A stretch of DNA of 64,000 nucleotides, taken from Candidatus Omnitrophota bacterium. Its GTDB lineage: Bacteria > Omnitrophota > Gorgyraeia > Zapsychrales > Zapsychraceae. The notes under the pieces are model-generated. The model was not told the origin of the DNA and searched no databases. It was given only the letters and a program-made list of their open reading frames with translations. The position numbers were made by a program, and so were the translations under genes. Position 1 is the first letter of the stretch. Each line of letters starts with the position of its first letter. The stretch spans positions 5,632 to 69,631 of the forward strand of contig DATDQB010000009.1 in assembly GCA_035292445.1 (NCBI GenBank). Direction: 5' to 3'. Shown piece by piece: positions 1 through 9,740 of the stretch.

Positions 1-281
1 GCTTCATATCCCGCCAGAATGAGCTCTTGTTTAATGATTTTCATCAGATCGACAAAAGAATAGCCGGATTTTTCGTGCAATGAAAAATCCAGGTCTTCCG
101 AGAAACGCGGCAGACCGTATAAAAACCTTAACGCCGTGCCGCCGACAAAAGCCGTTGATCGAAAGGCGTTGCGATCGTGCATGATCCTCAGCACATAAGC
201 CTGCAGATATTCGCGCATCGCGTTATATTTGGACGCGCCGGATTTCTGCGCCGCGGCCAATTCCAGGCAATAATCTTTCAT
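1..281 (-). CDS. AbiEii-family nucleotidyltransferase toxin (type IV TA), partial, runs off the window edge
   Basis: Manual translation from ATG at 281: MKDYCLELAAAQ...REYLQAYVL...FVGGTALRFLYGLPRFSEDLDF, containing the GGT...RxSEDLD motif. ATGA overlap with the upstream antitoxin. Not in the ORF track. Confidence 0.88.
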   Translation of the reverse strand, partial: MKDYCLELAAAQKSGASKYNAMREYLQAYVLRIMHDRNAFRSTAFVGGTALRFLYGLPRFSEDLDFSLHEKSGYSFVDLMKIIKQELILAGYE

Positions 282-916
282 AAATCCTTAACCCCCTTTC
301 TTTCTTCTTTAACATATCGTTCCAATAACCGGGCCATGCGCAGCAACGTTTTCTTCTTGAAACGGCGGGCGTATTCCAGCAACTTATCCAGGCCGATATT
401 CTCGACATTCTGCAGGCGCATCTCTTTTAAATAATCCGGCGAAACGTCGATATGATTTAAATAAAAAAGATCCAGTAAAGCCTTTTCGGGGGTGGCCATG
501 AAGAAAGTTTGGCCGCCGGTTGTGAGCGAGGTATATCCCCAAAAAAGAGACGGTTTGATGTGGCGATACTCATAGCGGCCTACCGGTGTCTTCATCATTT
601 CCGGCCGCTTGGTGGTTACGCTCGTAAAAACACTGACCGCCTCCGGAATGAGCCCATGATATTCAAGGGCTTTTTCCAAGCTGATGTACGAAGGATTTTT
701 TAGGACGCCGGCAACATAGAATTCCGATACGGGAATTTTGCGGTAAGGTTCCGCCAGCAAATAGATGCCCCGTTTGAGCTGGATTAATTTTCCCGCTTTG
801 ACCCAACGGCTGATCTGAACCTTAAAGGACAACGAATCAACGCGACCGGCAGATAAAACCCTGGTGTTGACAACCGGGAGGTCCTGCGCCTTTTGAAGAA
901 AGATATTGAATTCCAT
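278..916 (-). CDS. AbiEi-like antitoxin / transcriptional regulator (type IV TA)
   Basis: N-terminal wHTH (ISRWVKAGKLIQLKRGIY), PSYISLEKALEYHGLIPE and ATPEKALLDLFYL motifs; coupled to the AbiEii gene. Confidence 0.85.
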   Translation of the reverse strand: MEFNIFLQKAQDLPVVNTRVLSAGRVDSLSFKVQISRWVKAGKLIQLKRGIYLLAEPYRKIPVSEFYVAGVLKNPSYISLEKALEYHGLIPEAVSVFTSVTTKRPEMMKTPVGRYEYRHIKPSLFWGYTSLTTGGQTFFMATPEKALLDLFYLNHIDVSPDYLKEMRLQNVENIGLDKLLEYARRFKKKTLLRMARLLERYVKEERKGVKDL

Positions 917-917
917 A

Positions 918-951
918 GCAATAATTTAACATATTTGTTAAGTTATTGCAA
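918..951 (-). promoter_or_regulatory. Sigma70 promoter overlapped by a 14-bp inverted-repeat operator; probably leaderless
   Basis: Minus strand TTGCAA-17nt-TAAATT-6nt-ATG. Arms GCAATAATTTAACA (918-931) and TGTTAAGTTATTGC (936-949), 1 mismatch. Confidence 0.7.
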
Positions 952-1013
952 TATTATATTCAAATCTCCCCTGCGCAACTGGGTTGAGGGTGCGGGGGCT
1001 ACGCTTGCACGAC

Positions 1014-1325
1014 TCATTCCGGCAGCAGATCCCATGCTTTCGTATGATGGCCGGCCGGGATCGCGGCCTCATTTCTTTTAGGCGGGCCGGATTCTTTGGC
1101 CTGCCAACGGCTTAGATCGACACCGCTTTTTTCCAATAATTGGACCGCAACGGGGCTCACCCAGAACTTGACCTGGTCACTGCCGAAGACGGATTCGGAA
1201 AAAACGGCCGCCTCTTTCGGGAATTTCGCCGGCTGGAACGCCTTGGCGCACAGGTCCCTGAACTTAAAAAGTTCTCCGCTGCGTATCCCTTCCGCTTGGA
1301 TCAAACATTCACGCCAGTTGTTCAT
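1014..1325 (-). CDS. Hypothetical protein (103 aa)
   Basis: Co-oriented ORF filling the gap between the two TA modules; no recognisable motif. Confidence 0.55.
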   Translation of the reverse strand: MNNWRECLIQAEGIRSGELFKFRDLCAKAFQPAKFPKEAAVFSESVFGSDQVKFWVSPVAVQLLEKSGVDLSRWQAKESGPPKRNEAAIPAGHHTKAWDLLPE

Positions 1326-1388
1326 GATAATCGAAGAGGACTATTCCCTTCGTTTTTTTGATTCGCGCTCCTCTTCCTCGCCTTTGTG

Positions 1389-2012
1389 TTAATGAACAAG
1401 CATTTCTAATTTCTTAATTACATGTTTACGTATCTTTTCTTCAGGAATACTCTTTACCCATTCTTTTGCTCGCTTAAAGTTAAACTCTTTTGGAAAAAAT
1501 AATTCTGGAAAATAGCCATATTGCTTTTTCTTACGGCTTGACAAATAAAGACTGTCAATCAATGCTTTTTCTGGCTCAGCGATCAAAAAATCTCCCGTTC
1601 CCTTATACCAGTCAAATCCATCAAATAATGGAGAAGAAATTTGATGGATCAAAAAATCTCCTAATTTGGTATGTATAATGTTTGTATGCGAAGTTGAGGC
1701 CAAAGTAATAACCTGAGGAATTTGTTCAATAATTCCATGCAAATAAAGCGCAGTGATAAATGAAACATACACGCGCTGACGTGGAAATAAATGGGAAATA
1801 CTATTCAATGCAGATATAGCATGGGGCTCCGCCCTTGCCCATACGCCACGATAAATCCTTAAAAGCAGCCCTTTTTCTTCAAGTCGATTTAAACATTGGA
1901 CTACCGTAGAAGACGATTTGCCGGAACATGCAATCAGTTCATGCGTCGTAAAGATCGGCTTATTTAGATTCTTTATAAAAACCATGATATTTTGTGAATT
2001 AATTCGATCCAT
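1389..2012 (-). CDS. Second AbiEi-like antitoxin
   Basis: IFTTHEL...LNRLEEKGLLLRIYRGVW, YVSFITALYLHGIIEQIP and IAEPEKALIDSLYL. Start moved to MDRINS (2012), which has a GGAG RBS. Confidence 0.82.
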   Translation of the reverse strand: MDRINSQNIMVFIKNLNKPIFTTHELIACSGKSSSTVVQCLNRLEEKGLLLRIYRGVWARAEPHAISALNSISHLFPRQRVYVSFITALYLHGIIEQIPQVITLASTSHTNIIHTKLGDFLIHQISSPLFDGFDWYKGTGDFLIAEPEKALIDSLYLSSRKKKQYGYFPELFFPKEFNFKRAKEWVKSIPEEKIRKHVIKKLEMLVH

Positions 2013-2793
2013 TTTTATACTCCTCGAGAAAATTAGCAGTTTTAAGCTGAATTTCATCCCAAATTCTCTCAGAATCATATATTTTTTGATCTTCTGGGCC
2101 AAGATAATTAACAACGGTGTCTCGAAATTGAACGTATCCCACCCTAAAAATATTTTCATGAGCGGTTTTTATAGTTTCTTCTTTTAATTTAAACGCTTTA
2201 TCGCTTTTATCACTATATTGAGAAGAAAGTAAATATAAATCAAATATATCTCGGGCCTGTAATTCAGTTCTTTTGGCTAGTACATTAATTTTTTGCGCAA
2301 CCGCCGAACTTACCTCATAATGCGGAACTACCATTGATGGCATTTTATAAAATCTTAAGATCTGCTGCTTCACTTGCTCAATGACGACATTACCCATAAA
2401 GCCTCTCCCAGAAAATTCGATTTTAGTTGGTAAATCTATTCCGCTTTGTGTTTTAAGGTGAATCTTAAACCTCTGAGTTATTTGAGTTTGCTTGGCCGTT
2501 TCCATATCTAGTAATACACTGCTATCTATTGCGAATGTTTTGAGAATACTCATAAAACCCGGAGCAACAAGAATTCCCATAACTATTTTTTTTAATTTAT
2601 CCACGCTCACTCTTTCTCTATTGACATCGATATCCATATCTTCCGAATAACGTACACTTTGAAGAAAAAGCCTCAAGTTTACGCCACCTTTAAGTGCATA
2701 ATAACTTGCGTCCACTTTTCCACTGAACTGGCGAAGAAATTCTATGTGAAAAATCTCCACCGTTTGACGATGGGTATAAATCGTATCATCCAT
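1999..2793 (-). CDS. Second AbiEii-family nucleotidyltransferase toxin
   Basis: YALKGGVNLRL...RYSEDMDID, KIEFS and QKINVLAKRTELQARDIFDL motifs; AT-rich DNA. Confidence 0.87.
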   Translation of the reverse strand: MDDTIYTHRQTVEIFHIEFLRQFSGKVDASYYALKGGVNLRLFLQSVRYSEDMDIDVNRERVSVDKLKKIVMGILVAPGFMSILKTFAIDSSVLLDMETAKQTQITQRFKIHLKTQSGIDLPTKIEFSGRGFMGNVVIEQVKQQILRFYKMPSMVVPHYEVSSAVAQKINVLAKRTELQARDIFDLYLLSSQYSDKSDKAFKLKEETIKTAHENIFRVGYVQFRDTVVNYLGPEDQKIYDSERIWDEIQLKTANFLEEYKNGSN

Positions 2794-2800
2794 ATTATGA

Positions 2801-2860
2801 AGTATAGCTTATTTTTTAATAAGTTTCAATACATAATTAAACATAGCTTTATTTTTTAAT
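2801..2860 (-). promoter_or_regulatory. Leaderless-type promoter with repeated operator-like boxes
   Basis: Minus strand TTGAAA-17nt-TATACT-7nt-ATG. Direct repeat ATAGCTT(T)ATTTTTTAAT at 2804-2820 and 2843-2860. Confidence 0.6.
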
Positions 2861-2960
2861 TATTTAAAAAAATCTATAACTCATTTAATACTAATGATTT
2901 ATATAAATATTAGATTAAAACTATTAAAAAAGAACAACCCATTTTTGAAGACACTCTATT

Positions 2961-5771
2961 TTAATACGCCAACTCGCTTTCTTCCACAAAATCTACCTCT
3001 GGATCCAAGATCTCAGACACAACATGATCCAGCGCCCTTAAGAACGCCTCGTTGATACGCTCTGACTCATTCATCATGCTTTCATCCACAAAACGCTTCA
3101 CATCAAGTGTCCTTAGGTTATACAGCGCGGCATTCACCCGCTTTCCCTTATACTGCTTGGCAATGTACTGGTAATACAAAGGCACCTGGAAAGATCTTAT
3201 GTTCTCTAATATATGCTCCCGCGATAGTTCCATTTGCTCGATCGTCTGTAAAGGCCTAGGCATCTGATCAATGGCGCCGGTCTTATAATCGGTGATCATG
3301 ATGGTGCCGTCTTTCATCTCATCAATGCGGTCCACGATATACTGGAACTTGATATTCCCGCAGGATAAAGGAATCGTATCCAAACAGCGCGATTCCAAAA
3401 ACAAAAGTTTTGCAACGCCGCGCTCGCTGTTTTCCTGCTCATTATCCAAAAATCTCTTAAGCCGTTCGATCAAGACTGACTTAAGCAAGAACGAATCCGT
3501 CTTCATGCTGCGCTCAAAGGTGTTCGCGAAATTCTTCTCAAAGATATTCTCAACTCGCACGCGGAATTTCTTGTCAACAACCGGCTTTCTGTTGATGTAG
3601 GGCTTGTAGGATTCCTCCAACAGTTCATGGATGAAGGAGCCGACCTGGCGGCCGTCCGGCTCATCCAAGAGGTCTTCCGTTTCCTTTAAGCCCAATACGT
3701 AACTATAATAGAACTCCATAGGATTTTGAAGGTACCTATTGATGCTGGAGGCCGAAAAGGTATGCTGCTTAAGGAATTTCACGATCGCTGTGGTTTTCTT
3801 GATCCGCTTGACCGGCGCGGAAAGGTTCACCGTAAAATTGCCGCCAAGGGGAGTAAAGACATCCAGCTTTTGCTTAGCCTTCTGCTCATCCCAGATAAGT
3901 TCCTCAATAAAGCGCGACTTTTCCTTCTCCTTGCTTTCCTGATAAACGAGATGAACGTTCTTGGCCGATGAAATGAGGCGCATGAATTGATACCGCTGGA
4001 TCTCCTCTTCCAGCTCAAGCCGGTCCAGATTGAGCGATATCATGACCTCGCGCGGGATAAGCGGTTCGTACAGATTCAGATTCGGTAGCGCCCCCTCGTT
4101 CGTATCAAGGACGATCACGTTCTCAAAATTTAGCGAACGCGTTTCAAAAAGACCGAGGATCTGTAAGCCCTTCAAAGGCGAGCCCAGGAATGAGACCAGT
4201 TCGCGGCCTATTTTTCCTTCAAAGATATGGAATATTTCCTCCAGCTCAAAGCGCTCCTTGCTAAAGCCGGAAGCTTCGAACTCATCGCGCAAGGCGAACA
4301 TCTTATCGGCGATATTCAAATTCAGCGGATAATTTTCCATGAAACTGCGGTGCGTCAGAAGCTCCAAACAATCGCCCAACACTTTGGCGAATCGCGAAAA
4401 GGTATTGACCCCTTCCCACTCACGGAAGAAATATTCATGGATGGACTCCAGTATTTCCTCTAACTCTTTGCGGCCGCTCTTAAGCCCCATCCGCTCGCAC
4501 ACCTCAACGCTCATCATGTAAAGATCATCGAGCGATTCGATGTCCTCAAGGTCAATAAATAAACTTCCCGATATGGCTGTTTGCTCTTTTCCGGTCAAAA
4601 TTTCCTCGATCTTGTGGACCAGGATGCGGGTGACGGTTGAATTCTTGCCGAACTTGAGGTTTTTGACAAATGGATGGCGCATGACCTTCAAATAATCTTT
4701 GCTGTAATAACGGCCGTCCTTTTTGGAAAGCTGGGCCTTAAAGATAAATTCAAAAAGCGTGTACAAACTGCTTCGCTTTAAGGGATAGCCCATCGAAACG
4801 TTGAAATCTTTCTGCAAAACGGCGATCTCGGTCAAAAGCGGAATAAGATGGTCTGCCTGCGGCAAGACCACAACCGTTTTATCGCTTTGAGGAATTGTTT
4901 TTAGGATCTCCCGCACATGGCCGACCTGCGCGTGCACATCAAAGCCGGAATATAATTTAAGGTCAAAGTTGGGTTTGTCGACCTTCTCGCCTTCTAAAAT
5001 GTCGCACTCAAAATGCCGCGAAATGCGCTCCAAAACCGGCCATTTGCGCTCATCGCCCTGGAAAATAAGCGTCGCCAGCCCCCGGTCATAGAGGTTTTTG
5101 ACAACGGCTTCTTCGGCGGCATGAAAATAGAAAAAGTTGCAAAAAAGGACCTGGTCAAATTCTTCGAAGGAAACGTCTTTAACAATTTGCGAAGCCCGTA
5201 AATATTGGAAGCCGCGCGAATAGATATTAAGCTTCTTTAATTCTTCATGGTAAGCGGAGCGTATCTTGACGATCGCTTGCAGCAGGTCATTGATATCTTT
5301 GGGCACGTCATAACCGATGCGCGCGTTTTGCTGCATATTAAGAAGTTTCTTCTCGGCTACATCTTCTAAGTCCAGCTGCTCGATAAAGGCCATGATCTCG
5401 CGCGTCCAGGGCAGAAATTGCGCGAAAGTCTGGCGCTTTTTAAGCAGCTGCGGCGCTTTCTCTTGGGTGATCTTGTAGAGCAAGTAACAGGCGTCCAGAT
5501 CCTGCGGCGGTTTGAACGGCTCGTGCTTTTTGACGATCCCGGTGATGAATTCATCGATCGTGAAAAACGTCGGCGGGTAAAAACTTTTCTTAAGACGTTT
5601 CGCGAGCGCTTGTTTAATGAATAACGCCGGACGTTTGCCGCCAAAAACAATGGCGAGCCGGCTTAAATCCTTTCCTGTCTTGATATAATTGGTCTCGATA
5701 TGCTCGACCAATTTGTCGATGTAGGACTCGCAAAAAGAAACACTCAGGATTTTATTTTTTGACATCTTCAT
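2961..5771 (-). CDS. AddB-like protein: inactive helicase scaffold plus C-terminal PD-(D/E)XK nuclease
   Basis: LQILGLFETRSLNF, FSASSINRY and IVDRIDE...ITDYKTG (RecB-family nuclease); adjacent to the AddA-like gene. Confidence 0.8.
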   Translation of the reverse strand: MKMSKNKILSVSFCESYIDKLVEHIETNYIKTGKDLSRLAIVFGGKRPALFIKQALAKRLKKSFYPPTFFTIDEFITGIVKKHEPFKPPQDLDACYLLYKITQEKAPQLLKKRQTFAQFLPWTREIMAFIEQLDLEDVAEKKLLNMQQNARIGYDVPKDINDLLQAIVKIRSAYHEELKKLNIYSRGFQYLRASQIVKDVSFEEFDQVLFCNFFYFHAAEEAVVKNLYDRGLATLIFQGDERKWPVLERISRHFECDILEGEKVDKPNFDLKLYSGFDVHAQVGHVREILKTIPQSDKTVVVLPQADHLIPLLTEIAVLQKDFNVSMGYPLKRSSLYTLFEFIFKAQLSKKDGRYYSKDYLKVMRHPFVKNLKFGKNSTVTRILVHKIEEILTGKEQTAISGSLFIDLEDIESLDDLYMMSVEVCERMGLKSGRKELEEILESIHEYFFREWEGVNTFSRFAKVLGDCLELLTHRSFMENYPLNLNIADKMFALRDEFEASGFSKERFELEEIFHIFEGKIGRELVSFLGSPLKGLQILGLFETRSLNFENVIVLDTNEGALPNLNLYEPLIPREVMISLNLDRLELEEEIQRYQFMRLISSAKNVHLVYQESKEKEKSRFIEELIWDEQKAKQKLDVFTPLGGNFTVNLSAPVKRIKKTTAIVKFLKQHTFSASSINRYLQNPMEFYYSYVLGLKETEDLLDEPDGRQVGSFIHELLEESYKPYINRKPVVDKKFRVRVENIFEKNFANTFERSMKTDSFLLKSVLIERLKRFLDNEQENSERGVAKLLFLESRCLDTIPLSCGNIKFQYIVDRIDEMKDGTIMITDYKTGAIDQMPRPLQTIEQMELSREHILENIRSFQVPLYYQYIAKQYKGKRVNAALYNLRTLDVKRFVDESMMNESERINEAFLRALDHVVSEILDPEVDFVEESELAY

Positions 5772-5790
5772 AGAATAATGTGTTTATCGT

Positions 5791-5930
5791 GAAATAACCA
5801 AGATACAAGAAACAAGTTACAAACAATAATCAAATTACAATATCCAAACATTTCAAAAATATATGTTTGTATATTTGAATTTGTATATTGGGATTTGTTT
5901 GTTTCTTGCATCTTGTATCTTGGAATTTTC
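5791..5930. repeat. ~140-bp imperfect hairpin built of 7-mer units (CAAGATA/CAAGAAA...TTTCTTG/TATCTTG)
   Basis: CCAAGATACAAGAAACAA on the left mirrors TTGTTTCTTGCATCTTGTATCTTGG on the right; intergenic between addA and addB. Confidence 0.8.
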
Positions 5931-5945
5931 ATGTCTATCAGACTC

Positions 5946-8900
5946 CTACACCTTCACTTCTTCCAAACTCAACGCATCCAAGTAAATGATAAAACACCTT
6001 ATCTTATGCTTCGGGTAAATACCGCTGATGATCTCCCTGTACTCAAGGAGCTGCTCCTGTTGTTTTCCCGTTGCCTCATGCGCTGACTTGTAATCGATGA
6101 TCCACGTCTCATCTTTTTTGATGATGAGCCGGTCGATCCGTTTGGTCAGGCCATTCTTATCAACCACTTCCTTTTCGCAGAAAAGTTCGCCGTCTTCGAT
6201 CACAAAGAAATCTTTAAGCTCTTGGGCCTTGAGCACTTTCCCAAGCAATTTCTCATAGGAAGAAAAATCAGCGATGTGCGGAAATTCAACAGTTGCCTTT
6301 GTGACAGCTTCCTGGATGACTTCTTTAATATCCTGCGCTTTCAAGTTCTTGACGAAGGAAAGCATATAATGCGCGCATTCGCCCTCAAGGCGTTTCTGGC
6401 GTTGCTTGAGCGCCTCAAATTCCTGGAATTCTTCATTTAAAAGCGTGAGCCAATCCTGGTATTGCGATGGCGGAATTTTGCGGAAATGCGCTTTTTCTTC
6501 TTCCTTAATAAGCTTTTCCTGCGAAGGGCCCCCCATTTCATATTTGTCCTGTGGAATAAGGAACTTGGCCAAATTTAAACTCTGGCCCGACTTTTTAGGG
6601 ATAAACCCGTAAAGCTCCTGCTGGGCGCGGGTAAGCGCGACATAAACATTATTGAGCTCCGAAAGATACGCTTTTTTATATTCCTGCCGGTATATGGCGC
6701 GCAGCGTTTCGCTATAAAGCAGATATTTCTTTTTACTGCGGATCAGTTTCATCGCGCCCTCATCTTCATGAAGGATGTAGCTTTGCTGGTTCTCACCGGA
6801 ATTGCCCACCTGCACTTCCATGCCTAAAAAGGGTAAGATAACGACCGGAAATTCCAATCCCTTGGATTTGTGAATGGTCAGGATACGGACCGCGTTACGG
6901 TCCTTGATGTTCACAAAAAGCTCCTCGCCTTCCAGCTCTTCGTAATATTCAAGGAAGGACGCCAGATCCGGATGGTCTTCTTCCGCTTTTTTGATGAGCT
7001 CAAGAAAATGCATCAGATACCCCTGATACTGCGGGAAATGCTCAAGAAGCTCGAACCGGCTGTAAATGCTCACCACCATTTCATACAAAGGATACAGCCC
7101 GACGTTCTGGAAGAATTCGTTGAAATATTTGTCCCACACTTCTTCATATTTCTTGCGAAAGGCCGTGTAAATGTAAAAATCTTTTTTGCCCGTGACTTCG
7201 AGGCGCAGGCTGAACAAAAATTCCTGGATCTCCTCTTCTTTAATCCCGGTCATCTGCGGGAACGTTTCTCCCAATAAAAACGCGGCAAAAGAACGGTTGT
7301 CGATGGGCGAATTAAGAAAGGTCAGAAGTGAAACGATCTCTTTGACGATTATGTTTTCTTTCACGTTTGAGGTACGCTCGCTATCGACCTGGATATTTTC
7401 TTCAAGCAGCCAATTGGTCAATTGCTCGATCTGCGTGTTGGAGCGCGTCAAGATCGCAATGTCTTTGGGCGCGAAACGCTGACGCAGGGAACGGATGAGC
7501 TCCAATACATTGGCACGGACAAACTCATCCCTGTCTTCCTTTTTATCGATATCGACGTACGCCATTTTGACATAGCCGCCTTCATAACCTTCCCTGACCG
7601 TTTGCTGCGCGGCGCCGAAAATGTTTTCGATATCAGCGATATCTTCTTCGTTAAAAAGGACCGTTGAGTTTCGTTTTTCTTCGTACGCCTCTTTTTGCGC
7701 GATCATTGATTTGAGATTATCGATCGAAAATACGGCGTTGTTAAATTCAACAACGGCGCGCAAGCTGCGGTAGTTCTTATTAAGAAGATCCACCTGCACG
7801 TTAAACGGCTCAAAATTCCTTTTGATGGAATCAAAAAGCGCGACTTCCCCGCCGCGAAATCCATAGATCGCCTGCTTGCGGTCTCCAACGTAAAAAAGCG
7901 AGCCGCCCGTTGAAAGGGCCTCTTCCGCCATCTTCTCCACATTGTGCCACTGAAGTCTTGATGTATCCTGGAACTCATCGATCAGATAATGGCGAAAGCG
8001 TGTCGCCAGCCGGTAATACAGCTCGGGCACGGTCACGTTCTCTTCATCGAACAAATGCCCGGCTTTTTTGTTAAGCTCGCTTAAAAAAAGCACGTCATCT
8101 TTGGACGCGGCCGAAAGCATTCCCTTAAGGACGTAAGCGAATGCCTGAATATAAGGATTAAAAAGCGAAAAGGCCTCTTCTTCGCATAATTGCTGCAGCT
8201 GATTACCGATCGACTCCCAAAGCTTTTCCAATTCTTTGGTGGCCTCGGCGCCTTTTTTAAGCGGAATAAATTCGCGGGCAAAATAATCGCTGATCGAATC
8301 AATATCAAAACCTTCTTTGGCCTCTTTGAGGAAATTATCCAGGCTGTTAAGAAAACGTTTATCTGTTTCCTCCGGCAGTTTCCCCCGCAGATCTTTCATA
8401 AGCGTAAGGATAGTCTTCTTTTTCTTGATGACATCTTCGGAGGTGTATGGCCCTTCTTCAAATGGCAGGCCGTAGGCGTTGTACTGGGAAAAAAGCGACG
8501 CAATGATATTAAGCATGTCTTTTTTAGGAAACCAGCCCGTACGGTTCTCCAGATAAAGGTAATTGTGCAAGAATTGCTCAAAGACGCGGCGAACATCCTT
8601 GTCCTTCGGCGCCCGGTCAATGAGCTCATCCAAACTGAACTGCAAGTATTCATCGGAATTGGTCTTGATCTTGAAATTGGCGGTGAGCCCTATCTTAAAA
8701 GCGCAGCCGGATAATAAGGCGTTAATGAATTTATCGATCGTTTGTACCTGAAAAAAGTTATAATGGCGGATGAGCATATCCATGATGGCAAAGGCGCGCT
8801 CTTGAGCGTCTTTTTGCGCAACACCGATCGGGTGCAGGATGTCTTCTTCCTGCGACTTTGTCAGAAGCCCGAAGGCGATGCGTTTGAGGAATTCCAAAAT

Positions 8901-9110
8901 GCGCGCTTTCATCTCAAAAGCCGCTTTGTTGGTGAATGTGATCGCCAGGATTTGGCGGATGGGGATCTGTTCGTTTTTTAAGGCCGGGTTAAAAAGAAGC
9001 TGGATATACCGTTTAGCAAGCGCGTAGGTCTTGCCCGAGCCGGCGGAGGCTTCCACCACGCGGACTTCGGGGAATTGGAAGGTTTGGGAGGCGTCGACTT
9101 TGGTCGGCAT
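5946..9110 (-). CDS. AddA-like UvrD/SF1A helicase with C-terminal PD-(D/E)XK nuclease
   Basis: ASAGSGKT, ITFTNKAA, IDEFQDT, VGDRKQAIYGFRG, TIHKSKGLEF, YVALTRA and RIDRL...IIDYKS. Start placed at MPTK (9110). Confidence 0.9.
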   Translation of the reverse strand: MPTKVDASQTFQFPEVRVVEASAGSGKTYALAKRYIQLLFNPALKNEQIPIRQILAITFTNKAAFEMKARILEFLKRIAFGLLTKSQEEDILHPIGVAQKDAQERAFAIMDMLIRHYNFFQVQTIDKFINALLSGCAFKIGLTANFKIKTNSDEYLQFSLDELIDRAPKDKDVRRVFEQFLHNYLYLENRTGWFPKKDMLNIIASLFSQYNAYGLPFEEGPYTSEDVIKKKKTILTLMKDLRGKLPEETDKRFLNSLDNFLKEAKEGFDIDSISDYFAREFIPLKKGAEATKELEKLWESIGNQLQQLCEEEAFSLFNPYIQAFAYVLKGMLSAASKDDVLFLSELNKKAGHLFDEENVTVPELYYRLATRFRHYLIDEFQDTSRLQWHNVEKMAEEALSTGGSLFYVGDRKQAIYGFRGGEVALFDSIKRNFEPFNVQVDLLNKNYRSLRAVVEFNNAVFSIDNLKSMIAQKEAYEEKRNSTVLFNEEDIADIENIFGAAQQTVREGYEGGYVKMAYVDIDKKEDRDEFVRANVLELIRSLRQRFAPKDIAILTRSNTQIEQLTNWLLEENIQVDSERTSNVKENIIVKEIVSLLTFLNSPIDNRSFAAFLLGETFPQMTGIKEEEIQEFLFSLRLEVTGKKDFYIYTAFRKKYEEVWDKYFNEFFQNVGLYPLYEMVVSIYSRFELLEHFPQYQGYLMHFLELIKKAEEDHPDLASFLEYYEELEGEELFVNIKDRNAVRILTIHKSKGLEFPVVILPFLGMEVQVGNSGENQQSYILHEDEGAMKLIRSKKKYLLYSETLRAIYRQEYKKAYLSELNNVYVALTRAQQELYGFIPKKSGQSLNLAKFLIPQDKYEMGGPSQEKLIKEEEKAHFRKIPPSQYQDWLTLLNEEFQEFEALKQRQKRLEGECAHYMLSFVKNLKAQDIKEVIQEAVTKATVEFPHIADFSSYEKLLGKVLKAQELKDFFVIEDGELFCEKEVVDKNGLTKRIDRLIIKKDETWIIDYKSAHEATGKQQEQLLEYREIISGIYPKHKIRCFIIYLDALSLEEVKV

Positions 9111-9163
9111 AGATGGGGATATTATACATGAATCGGTAGGATTGGAAAAAGGATAATTGGCCA

Positions 9164-9211
9164 CCCGTTACTGGTTACCCGTTACCAAAAATTTTCTGGT
9201 AACTGGTAACT
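9164..9211. repeat. GTTACCC/GGTAACT heptamer hairpin, copy 1
   Basis: CCCGTTACTGGTTACCCGTTACC-AAAAATTTTCT-GGTAACTGGTAACT. Confidence 0.85.
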
Positions 9212-9224
9212 ACGCTCTATTCCG

Positions 9225-9599
9225 CTATTTTCTCAACGCTGCCTGGATGGCTTTTATCAATTCGTTGGTGGTGGTCGATTTGCTCAGCGCAGGATAATCC
9301 TTATCATCAACGCTGATGGTATTTGTCTTATCGTTATCTTGCTCAATGATCCCGGAAAGAAATATGACCGCAATATCACCGAGCAGGCCTTCTTCTTTCA
9401 ACGCCTTTACCGCCTCGGCGCCGTCTATATCAGGCAGCAGAAGGTCCATCAGGATAAGGTCCGGCTTAAATTTGCTTACCACGTTGGCCAGCTCTTTCCC
9501 GCCATTAAGGGTTTTGACCTGATATCCCTTTCCCGAAAGGACAGAATTAAGGAGCTTCGCCGTTACATCATCGTCTTCAACAATAAGGATCTTGGACAT
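9225..9599 (-). CDS. Single-domain response regulator (receiver)
   Basis: KILIVEDD, PDLILMDLLLPDIDG and VIFLSG. Confidence 0.9.
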   Translation of the reverse strand: MSKILIVEDDDVTAKLLNSVLSGKGYQVKTLNGGKELANVVSKFKPDLILMDLLLPDIDGAEAVKALKEEGLLGDIAVIFLSGIIEQDNDKTNTISVDDKDYPALSKSTTTNELIKAIQAALRK

Positions 9600-9740
9600 A
9601 TAAAACCCCTTCGCTTTAAACCCGTATCAAAGTTATTTCTCTATATATACCATAGAGTTAAACAGTCTTAACATTATATTTTAAAATATTTAAGCCTTAT
9701 GTCTTTTGAAAGGATAAAAAAGGAAAGAAGTTGGACGTCT

